From contig JBBSCX010000001.1 of assembly GCA_038249905.1 (NCBI GenBank), positions 1-62,477 of the forward strand: a stretch of DNA of 62,477 nucleotides, written 5' to 3'. Positions 23,703 to 31,541 of the stretch are shown here, one piece after another; the first letter of the stretch is position 1, and each line of letters starts with the position of its first letter. The translations under genes were made by a program, and so were the position numbers. The notes beneath the pieces were generated by a model. The model worked only from the letters and a program-made list of their open reading frames with translations. It did no database searches and was not told the origin of the DNA. The stretch is from Burkholderiales bacterium (GTDB lineage Bacteria; Pseudomonadota; Gammaproteobacteria; Burkholderiales; Burkholderiaceae_C).

Positions 23703-23705
23703 ACC

Positions 23706-24569
23706 ATGAAGACACGCGAAGCGGCCAACCTGCCCTACAAATTGCCACCGCCGTTGTGGGACGCGCGTTGCACGGCCTGCTGGTTTGCGCTCGGGCTCTT
23801 GCTGCTGATCATCGCCAGCTTCTGGAGCCTGGACCTGCAGTGGGGCCAGTTCCTGTCGCTGGACGCGGCACGCTCCATGGGCCGTTTCGTGGCCGAGTTC
23901 TTCCCGCCCGACTTGAGTGCGCCCTTCGTCGCCAAGGTGGCGGTGGGCACGGCCGAGACATTGGCCATGTCGCTGCTGGGCACCGTGCTGGCCGCCGCGG
24001 CGGGGTTGGCACTGGCCCTGCCCGCGAGTGCCAGGACGACTCTGCGTGACGGCGGGCGCCACGCCGGCCGGGGACGCGCCGCGGCAGTGGCGCTGCGCGG
24101 CGCCACGCGGTTGCTGCTGAACGCGCTGCGCTCCATCCCCGAACTGGTGTGGGCCGCACTGCTGCTGATCAGCGCCGGCCTCGGGCCCTTCGCCGGCACG
24201 CTGGCACTGGCGCTGCACACCACGGGCGTGCTGGGCCGCCTGTTTGCCGAGAGCGTGGAGAACACGCCCACCGGCCCGGCCGAGGCCCTGCGCATCCAGG
24301 GCGTGGGTGAATTGCGCATCTTCTGTTACGCCACCTTCCCCCAGGTGCTGCCGCAGTTGATGAGCTACACCCTGTACCGCTGGGAGAACAACATCCGCGC
24401 CGCAGCCATCCTGGGGGTGGTCGGCGCCGGTGGCCTGGGCCAGTTGCTGTCGTTTCATATGGGGCTTTTCCAGATGGGCAAGACAGCGACCGTGCTGGCC
24501 GCGATGCTGGCCCTTGTCGCCCTGGTCGATGCGCTGAGCTGGGGGGCGCGGCGGTGGCTGACGCGCTGA
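23706..24569 (+). CDS. PhnE-like ABC transporter permease
   Basis: LRSIPELVWA, GVLGRLFAE, YTLYRWENNIRAA..GVVGAGGLG. Confidence 0.9.
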   Translation: MKTREAANLPYKLPPPLWDARCTACWFALGLLLLIIASFWSLDLQWGQFLSLDAARSMGRFVAEFFPPDLSAPFVAKVAVGTAETLAMSLLGTVLAAAAGLALALPASARTTLRDGGRHAGRGRAAAVALRGATRLLLNALRSIPELVWAALLLISAGLGPFAGTLALALHTTGVLGRLFAESVENTPTGPAEALRIQGVGELRIFCYATFPQVLPQLMSYTLYRWENNIRAAAILGVVGAGGLGQLLSFHMGLFQMGKTATVLAAMLALVALVDALSWGARRWLTR

Positions 24570-24698
24570 CAGGGCGGGACTCTCGCTTGCCCCTCACAAG
24601 CCGGGCTGCCCGGGTCATCGCCCGGTTCATCGCCAGTTCATCGCAAAGACAGGCCCCCACACCCGCGCCCAGACTGCGAGCCACAGGAGTCCCACCCG

Positions 24699-26039
24699 AT
24701 GCGGCACCAACTCTCCCCCAGCCCCGCGCCCACCGACCTGGCCCGGCGCTACATGGCCGAGCGCGCGCGCATGCCCGTGCTGGCCGCACCGCTGTCGGCC
24801 GAGGACTGCCAGGTGCAGTCCATGCCCGACGCCAGCCCCGTCAAGTGGCATCTGGCGCATGTCACCTGGTTTTTCGAGACCTTCGTGCTGGCGCGCTTCG
24901 AGCCCGGCCATGCGCCCTTCCACCCGGCCTACAAGATGCTGTTCAACAGCTACTACAACGTGGTGGGCGACAAGCACCCACGCGCCCGGCGCGGTCTGGT
25001 CACGCGCCCGGGGCTGGACGAGGTCATGGCCTGGCGCAAGAACGTCGACGAGCGGATGGCCACGCTGCTGGTCAGGCACGGCGCAGGCGAGATCGCACCC
25101 GAACTTGCGGCGCTGGTCGAACTGGGCCTGCAGCATGAACAGCAGCACCAGGAACTGCTGCTGACCGACCTCAAGCACCTGCTGTGGTGCAACCCGCTGC
25201 AGCCCGTGTACATGCCGCGCTGGCCGCTGGCGCGCGTGGCGGCGGTGCCCTGGCAATGGGTGGCGCAGGCCGGTGGGGTGGTCCAGACCGGCCACGACGC
25301 GGCGCAGGACCCACAGCGCTTCGCCTTCGACAACGAGGCCCCGCGCCACGCCAGCCTGCTGCCCCCGTACGCGCTGGCCAGCCGCCCGGTGACGCATGGC
25401 GAATGGGCCGACTTCATCGCCGACGGTGGTTATGCCGACCCGCGCTGGTGGCTGGCTGCCGGCTTTGACTGGGTGCAGTCGCAGGGCATCAGCGCGCCGC
25501 TGTACTGGCAGCGCGACGACGAGCGCGTGGCCGGCCGCTGGCAGGTCTTCACCCTGCACGGCCCGGCGCCACTGGACTCGCACACACCGGTGGCGCACAT
25601 CAGCCTGTTCGAGGCCGATGCCTACGCGCGCTGGAAAGCGGCCAACGACGAGCAAGCCCGCGGCGCCCGCCTGCCGACCGAGACCGAGTGGGAACATGCC
25701 GCCGCGCCCTGGCAGACCGCCGGCTTGGCGGCCGGCAACTTCGTCGACAGCGGTGCCCTGCACCCGCTGCCCGTGACGCGGGCCGAGCCTGGATTGATGC
25801 AGCTGTACGGCGATGTCTGGGAATGGACCGCCAGCGCCTACCTGCCCTATCCCGGCTACCGGCCCTGGGCCGGCGCGGTGGGCGAATACAACGGCAAGTT
25901 CATGATCGACCAGAGCGTGCTGCGCGGTGGATCGTGCGCCAGCCCGCGCAGCCACGTGCGGGCCAGTTACCGCAACTTCTTCCCGTCGGCCGCGCGCTGG
26001 CAGTTCAGCGGCCTGCGTCTGGCGCGCGACAGCGATTGA
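24699..26039 (+). CDS. egtB: Ergothioneine biosynthesis sulfoxide synthase EgtB
   Basis: QSMPDASPVKWHLAHVTWFFETF, FNSYY, HEQQHQELLLTD, RLPTETEWE, GEYNGKFM, YRNFF..RWQFSGLRLA. Confidence 0.94.
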   Translation: MRHQLSPSPAPTDLARRYMAERARMPVLAAPLSAEDCQVQSMPDASPVKWHLAHVTWFFETFVLARFEPGHAPFHPAYKMLFNSYYNVVGDKHPRARRGLVTRPGLDEVMAWRKNVDERMATLLVRHGAGEIAPELAALVELGLQHEQQHQELLLTDLKHLLWCNPLQPVYMPRWPLARVAAVPWQWVAQAGGVVQTGHDAAQDPQRFAFDNEAPRHASLLPPYALASRPVTHGEWADFIADGGYADPRWWLAAGFDWVQSQGISAPLYWQRDDERVAGRWQVFTLHGPAPLDSHTPVAHISLFEADAYARWKAANDEQARGARLPTETEWEHAAAPWQTAGLAAGNFVDSGALHPLPVTRAEPGLMQLYGDVWEWTASAYLPYPGYRPWAGAVGEYNGKFMIDQSVLRGGSCASPRSHVRASYRNFFPSAARWQFSGLRLARDSD

Positions 26040-26054
26040 CGCGCCCGCCCGGGT

Positions 26055-26819
26055 TCAGCGCAGCGTCGGGGCGATGCGCTCGGCCAGCCGCCACAGCGCC
26101 AGCCGGTGCGCCGTGGCCAGGGCATCGGGCTGATCGCTGCTGGCCTCGACACGCAGCATGGCCTGCTCGATGCGGGGCGGCGGCGCGGTGGTCGAAGGCG
26201 TGGTCGATGGTGCCCTGACCGCGGCCGTCGTCGCCGGCACGACGACGGTCCAGCGCGCCTGCACGGTGACGCTGCGCTGCGCCGCGTCGGCCTGCAATTG
26301 CAGCAGTTCTACCCGCAGTTGATGCGCCGGCAGCCAGCCCGCGGGCAGTGGTGCGCTCAGCACCTGCGCCGGGGCGTCGGGCGTGCCCAGCAGCAGACCC
26401 AGGTCGTGCTGCAGCAGGCGCGGCACCGCATCGCGCAGCGGCTCGGCCCAGCGCCAGCCGGGCAGGGCACGCTGACCGGAGCTGCCCTGCGACACCAGCA
26501 CCGCGTCGCGGTCCAGCAGCTCGGGCAGACGCACGGGCTGCAGCAGTTGCACCCTCGCGGGGTGGGTGAGGGGATTGGCTGCGGCTGCGGCTGCGGCAGT
26601 GACAGTCGCAGCAGCGGCGGCGCCGGAGACGCCGGAGACCCCGGAGACGCCAGAGCCACCGGCCGGGCGTTCGACCGGCGGCGCCAGCCGCAGCGACAGC
26701 AGCTGCGGCGCGGGCGGCGCCGCGCAGCCGGCAATCAGCGCGGTGCCGACGACGGCGGCCACAGCCACCGCCGCAGCGACCGCTCCGGCCCGGCGGCCCG
26801 GGGTGAGGTTTCTCGTCAT
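26055..26819 (-). CDS. PqiC-like ABC transport auxiliary lipoprotein
   Basis: Lipobox LIAGC; PVRLPELLDR, RWAEPL; last gene of the Mla-type operon. Confidence 0.8.
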   Translation of the reverse strand: MTRNLTPGRRAGAVAAAVAVAAVVGTALIAGCAAPPAPQLLSLRLAPPVERPAGGSGVSGVSGVSGAAAAATVTAAAAAAANPLTHPARVQLLQPVRLPELLDRDAVLVSQGSSGQRALPGWRWAEPLRDAVPRLLQHDLGLLLGTPDAPAQVLSAPLPAGWLPAHQLRVELLQLQADAAQRSVTVQARWTVVVPATTAAVRAPSTTPSTTAPPPRIEQAMLRVEASSDQPDALATAHRLALWRLAERIAPTLR

Positions 26820-27832
26820 GGTGTCTCCCCGCGTCCGCGGATCACGGCCGTCGGCTGGCGTTCCAGCAGTTCGGCCAGTTCGCGCAGGGCCCGCGCAGCA
26901 CGGCTCACGTCCTTGGCGGTGCGCTCCACGTTCAGCATCAAGGTGCCGTCGTCGGCCGTGGCCTGGCGCAGCGCCGCGGCACTCAGGGCCAGTTCGTCGG
27001 CCGCCGCCTGGGCGCTCTTCAGCGCCGGGGTGCCGGCAGCCACCAGTGTGTCCACCTGAGCACCGAGACGCTCGCCGGTGGCGCCCACCTGCGAGGCTGC
27101 ACCGCTGACGGCCTGCAGCGCGCCGCGGGCTTCGGCCAGGGTGCGCTGGGTGGCGTCGGCCAGCGGGTCGATGCGCCGGTCCAGGCGGGCGGTGAGCTGG
27201 CGCAGCTCGGTCGACAGCGCCGCCAGTTCCTGCACGCCGCGCTTCAGCTCGGCGCTGCCAACCAGCTGTCGCGTGCTGCTGGCGATGGCTTGCACGTCGT
27301 CGATCAGGCGCGGCACATCCAGCGCCTGCAATTGCGTCATCAGCGCCTGCACCGGCGCGGGCGCGGTCGGGATCTGGACCGGGTCGGCCGCTGGGGCCGC
27401 CCGGGTCGCCGCAGTCGGGGTACCGGGCTTGAAGTCCAGGTCGACGTAAAGCAGCCCGGTCAGAAGGTTCTGCGCGGTCAGTTGCGCTTGCAGGCCGCGC
27501 CGCACCAGGCCCGGCAGCAACGGGCCGGTGCCGGGCACGCCCGCGGCCAGCTCGTCGCGGTCGATGACGGCCTGCACGGGGATGCGGTAGGCCCCGACGC
27601 TGTCGGCATCGCCCTCCAGCCCGATGGCGGTGACGCGGCCGACACGCACCCCCCGCAGCACCACCGGCGCACCCACCTGCAGGCCATAGACCGAGCCGCT
27701 GAAGTGCATCACCGCGCGTTCGGTCGAGGCAAACAGCTTCCCCCCGCCAACCGCGACCACGGCCGCGATCAGCAAGGCCACGCCACCGATGACGAAGGCC
27801 CCGATGCGTGTGGCGCTGGCTTTGCGCATCAT
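26816..27832 (-). CDS. MlaD/MCE family protein
   Basis: IGAFVIGG N-terminal helix; FSGSVYGLQVGAPVVLRGVRVGRV; NLLTGLLYVDLDF; coiled-coil tail ending LERQP..VIRG. Confidence 0.88.
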   Translation of the reverse strand: MMRKASATRIGAFVIGGVALLIAAVVAVGGGKLFASTERAVMHFSGSVYGLQVGAPVVLRGVRVGRVTAIGLEGDADSVGAYRIPVQAVIDRDELAAGVPGTGPLLPGLVRRGLQAQLTAQNLLTGLLYVDLDFKPGTPTAATRAAPAADPVQIPTAPAPVQALMTQLQALDVPRLIDDVQAIASSTRQLVGSAELKRGVQELAALSTELRQLTARLDRRIDPLADATQRTLAEARGALQAVSGAASQVGATGERLGAQVDTLVAAGTPALKSAQAAADELALSAAALRQATADDGTLMLNVERTAKDVSRAARALRELAELLERQPTAVIRGRGETP

Positions 27833-28725
27833 GGCGGCGGCGCGGGTGCAGGCGCCGGCAAGGCCGCAGACGGGACGATCTGGCGCAATCCCTGACCGAG
27901 GAACTCGCGCACGCTCTCGGGGCCGTGTTCGAGCAAGGTGCGGGGCGCGTCGAGCGCGGTCATGGTCTTCTCCTGCGGGTCGAGAAACAGCGCGCGGTCG
28001 GCAGTGGCGAAGAGGCTGGTGATGTCGTGCGTGACCATCACCACGGTGGTGCCGAACTGGCGCCGCAGGTCGAGTATCAGCGAGTCCAGACGCGCGTTGC
28101 TCAGCGGGTCCAGGCCGGCCGAGGGTTCATCGAGGAACAGCAATGGCGGGTCCAGCACCATGGCGCGGGCGACGGCGGCGCGTTTGCGCATGCCACCGGA
28201 CAGCGCCCCCGGGGCGGCGTGGAAACTGCCTTCCAGCCCGACCTGCGCGAGCTTGAAGCGCGCGCGGCGCTCACATTGCGCTTCGTCGAGGCCGCTGAAC
28301 AGGCGCAGCGGCAGCATCAGGTTCTCGCCCACGCTCATCGTGCTCCACAGCGCGCCATCCTGGTACAGCACGCCCAGGCGCCGCTGCAGCCGCGCCAGGG
28401 CGCCGTCGTCGCAGGCCGCGAGGTCGACGCCGCCGTGGCGCACGTGGCCGCCGCCGGGCCGTTGCAGGCCCACCAGATGGCGCAGCAGCGTGCTCTTGCC
28501 GCAGCCGCTGGGGCCGACGATGGCCAGCACCTCGCCGGGGTGCACGTCGAAGTGGAGGTTCTCCATCACGGTGAGTTCGCCGTAGCACATCACCAGGCCC
28601 TCCACCTGGATCAACGGCGCGGCCCCGCTTGCCGGTGCCGGCGAGCTGGGCCCGGAGGAGGCGGTGGTGGAAGCGGTGGTAGGAGCGGTGGTGCAAGCCG
28701 TGGTGGAAGCGAGCGTGCCCATCAC
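27829..28725 (-). CDS. MlaF-like ABC transporter ATP-binding protein
   Basis: GPSGCGKST, YQDGAL, LSGGMRKR, FLDEPSAGLDP, VTHD. Confidence 0.9.
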   Translation of the reverse strand: MMGTLASTTACTTAPTTASTTASSGPSSPAPASGAAPLIQVEGLVMCYGELTVMENLHFDVHPGEVLAIVGPSGCGKSTLLRHLVGLQRPGGGHVRHGGVDLAACDDGALARLQRRLGVLYQDGALWSTMSVGENLMLPLRLFSGLDEAQCERRARFKLAQVGLEGSFHAAPGALSGGMRKRAAVARAMVLDPPLLFLDEPSAGLDPLSNARLDSLILDLRRQFGTTVVMVTHDITSLFATADRALFLDPQEKTMTALDAPRTLLEHGPESVREFLGQGLRQIVPSAALPAPAPAPPP

Positions 28726-30062
28726 AGCTCCAGGATCTGCAACAGCGCCGTGCTGGCCGAGGCAGCCAGCACGATCCAGACCAGCGCCTTGACCACCGCG
28801 CGGGTGGCGGCGTCGCCCACGGCCTGCGCGTTGCGGCCGGCGTGCAAGCCCTCGCGGCAGCCGGCCAGGGCCACCAGCAGCACGTACATCGTGCCCTTGC
28901 CCAGGCCGATCCAGACATGCGTCCAGCTCAGCGCCATCAGGCTGCGCTGCAAGTAGTCGGTGACCGGCACGCCGTAGATGCCGCTGGCCGCGGGCAGCCC
29001 GGCCAGCACGCCCACCACCGCCGCGTACGCCACCAGCAGCGGCGCCATCGCCAGCATCGCCAGCAAACGCGGCAGCACCAGATGTTCCACCGGGTCGATG
29101 CCCAGCGTCCGCAGGGCGTCGATTTCCTCGTTGGCCTGCATCGTCGCCAGCTGCGCGGCAAAGGCCGCGCCGATGCGGCCGGCCAGGATCACCCCGGTCA
29201 TGAGCCCGGCCAGTTCACGCACGACGCCGACGGTCACGATGTCGGCGATGAAGGCCTGGCCGCCGACCCGCGTCAGTTGCGCGCCGCCCATGTAGGCCAG
29301 CAGCAGACCGACGAGAAAGCTGGTGAGGGTGACGATGGGCAGGCTCAAGGGCCCGGTGCTCTCGAACTGCCGCCAGAAGTCGACGCCGCGCAGCACCCGC
29401 AAGTGCCTGGGGCGCAGCGTGCGGCGCAGTGCCAGCAGCACTTCACCGATGAAGCTGACGGTATCCAGCGCGTCGTCCCACCAGCGCTGCGCCCAGAGGC
29501 CGATGCGGTCGATGGCATTGCCGGGCTCTTCGTGCTCCACCACCACCTGCGGCGGTGCACCCAGCGCCATCTCCAGCGCCACGCGGGTGTCGTCGGGCAG
29601 TGCGCCCAGGTCCAGCGTGGCACCGGACTGCTGCAGCGGCGCGAGCAGCGGCCACAGCGCCGGGCCGAGGTCGGCGTCCCAGGCCTGCAGTGCGCTGGTG
29701 TCGATGTGCACGGCCCGGACATCGGCCCCGGCCGGGAGGGGGGGCAGGGCGCCGACCTTGGAGCGCCGTCTCCTGATGCGGTCGGCGGCGGCTGCACGGG
29801 CCGAGCGGCGCGGTGGCAGACGCCAGTCGCCCGCCAGTTGCAGCACCCAGGTGGAGGGGGTCGCCGCGTCGACATCCGCCTGCCACTGCGCCCGTGCTGG
29901 CGCACCCCTGGCAGCGACAGGTGAGGGGCTTGATGTGGGCGCGGGCGGTGTGGGCGGTGTGGGCGCGGTCAAGCCCCGTATTCTGGTGCGGGGCTGACTG
30001 CGCTTCTGTGTGGCATCGCTCTGTGGCGTGGCTCGGTCGTGTGGCTCGGTCGTGTGGCTCAT
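28722..30062 (-). CDS. MlaE family ABC permease with N-terminal extension; start uncertain
   Basis: VRELAGLMTGVILAGRIGAAFAAQLATMQANEEIDALRTLGIDPVEHLVLPR; AVGDAATRAVV. Confidence 0.88.
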   Translation of the reverse strand: MSHTTEPHDRATPQSDATQKRSQPRTRIRGLTAPTPPTPPAPTSSPSPVAARGAPARAQWQADVDAATPSTWVLQLAGDWRLPPRRSARAAAADRIRRRRSKVGALPPLPAGADVRAVHIDTSALQAWDADLGPALWPLLAPLQQSGATLDLGALPDDTRVALEMALGAPPQVVVEHEEPGNAIDRIGLWAQRWWDDALDTVSFIGEVLLALRRTLRPRHLRVLRGVDFWRQFESTGPLSLPIVTLTSFLVGLLLAYMGGAQLTRVGGQAFIADIVTVGVVRELAGLMTGVILAGRIGAAFAAQLATMQANEEIDALRTLGIDPVEHLVLPRLLAMLAMAPLLVAYAAVVGVLAGLPAASGIYGVPVTDYLQRSLMALSWTHVWIGLGKGTMYVLLVALAGCREGLHAGRNAQAVGDAATRAVVKALVWIVLAASASTALLQILEL

Positions 30063-30069
30063 GTCCGGC

Positions 30070-30303
30070 TCAACGGGCCCGCCTGTCGTGCAAGCCGTGA
30101 CGCTGACCCGCGGTGCGGCGAAGCTGCCGCCAGTGGTCGACCGACACCACGCCCGGCCCGCGCGCCATCAGCCACAGCAGCACCGCGGCCCAGACGCCGT
30201 GGGTGGCGTAGGCAGCGGGGTAGACCAGGACCTGGATCACCGCCGTCATCACCAGCAGGCCCAGCGCCGACAGGCGGGTGGCCAGGCCCAGCAGCAGCAG
30301 GGT
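30070..30303 (-). pseudogene. C-terminal fragment of a DoxX family membrane protein
   Basis: [45 protein letters not shown]; N-terminal half and a credible start are absent. Confidence 0.7.
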
Positions 30304-30542
30304 TGGGATGGGAGCTGGGGCTGGGCGGGCCACTTTCGGCCCGCCCCGCACTCAATCGGTCCACGCCGCTCGGCTTTACACGCCGACATGGCAATCGGGT
30401 TAGTCTGCGAGCGGGCCGCTCTTCAGCCCCTTCTGAGCCTGTTCTCAGCCCGTTATCCTGTACTTCGTGTAACGCCAGCCCCGCCAGCGCGACTGAGCAG
30501 CGCACTCCACCCGCTCCCCACGGTTCCGACCCCCCCCACACG

Positions 30543-31541
30543 ATGCATGCCACCCTGCCCCTGCTTGCCCGCACCGACTTCCCGGCCATCCGCCGCGCCA
30601 GCCTGACCACGCTGCAGGTCAACCTGGGCTACAAGTGCAATCAGAGTTGTCTGCATTGCCACGTCAACGCCAGCCCGCAGCGCACCGAAATGATGGACGG
30701 CGAGACCGTCGATCTGGTGCTGCAGGTGCTGCAGCGCCGCCGGGTGCTGACGCTGGACCTGACCGGCGGCGCGCCGGAATTGAACGAACACTTCCGCCGC
30801 CTCGTGACCGCTGCCCGGGCGCTGGGCGTGACGGTGATCGACCGCTGCAACCTGACCATCCTGTCCGAACCCGGACACGAAGACCTGGCCGAATTCCTGG
30901 CCGCGCAGGGCGTGCAGGTGACGGCTTCGCTGCCCTGCTATTCGGTCGCCAATGTCGACCGCCAGCGCGGCGACGGCGTGTTCGACCGCAGCATCGCCGG
31001 CCTGCAGCGCCTGAACGCGCTGGGCTACGGACAGGACGGCACCGGGCTGGCGCTGAACCTGGTCTACAACCCCCAGGGCGCCGTGTTGCCACCGCCGCAG
31101 GCGGCGCTGGAAGCCGACTACAAGCGCGAGTTGATGGCGCACTTCGGCATCTCCTTCAACCACCTGTACGCCATCACCAACATGCCGATCCAGCGCTTCG
31201 GCAGCACGCTCGTCAGCAAGGGCACCTTCGGCGACTACATGGCGCTGCTGAAAGGCGCCTACCGGCCCGAGAACCTGGGCACGGTGATGTGCGGCAGCCT
31301 GTTGAGTGTGGACTACCAGGGCGACCTGTACGACTGCGACTTCAACCAGATGCTGGGCCTGCCGGCGCGCCTGGGCCCGCACACCGGCATCACCGCACGG
31401 CCCCATCTGCGTGAACTGCTGCAGCACTCGCCCGAAGGTGCCGCCATCCGCGTGGCCGACCATTGCTACGGCTGCACCGCCGGCCAGGGCAGCAGCTGCG
31501 GCGGCGCGCTGGACGGCACGGCACCGGCCCAGGCCGCCTGA
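30543..31541 (+). CDS. arsS: ArsS-family radical SAM protein with Cys-rich C-terminus (TIGR04167-like)
   Basis: LQVNLGYKCNQSCLHCHV (CxxxCxxC), DLTGGAPELN, DRCNLT, SLPCY, LVYNP, YDCDFNQM, HCYGCTAGQGSSCGG. Confidence 0.88.
   Translation: MHATLPLLARTDFPAIRRASLTTLQVNLGYKCNQSCLHCHVNASPQRTEMMDGETVDLVLQVLQRRRVLTLDLTGGAPELNEHFRRLVTAARALGVTVIDRCNLTILSEPGHEDLAEFLAAQGVQVTASLPCYSVANVDRQRGDGVFDRSIAGLQRLNALGYGQDGTGLALNLVYNPQGAVLPPPQAALEADYKRELMAHFGISFNHLYAITNMPIQRFGSTLVSKGTFGDYMALLKGAYRPENLGTVMCGSLLSVDYQGDLYDCDFNQMLGLPARLGPHTGITARPHLRELLQHSPEGAAIRVADHCYGCTAGQGSSCGGALDGTAPAQAA

Noticed and set aside
21067-24569. Calling the transporter phnCDE (phosphonate uptake)
   Set aside because: Fold similarity only; no C-P lyase or phosphite oxidation genes nearby, so gene symbols were withheld
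31488-31541. Selenocysteine (UGA) recoding in ArsS or SelD
   Set aside because: The positions that can be Sec in these families are Cys here (GSSCGG, GGGCGCK); the arsS TGA overlaps the next ATG as an ordinary stop
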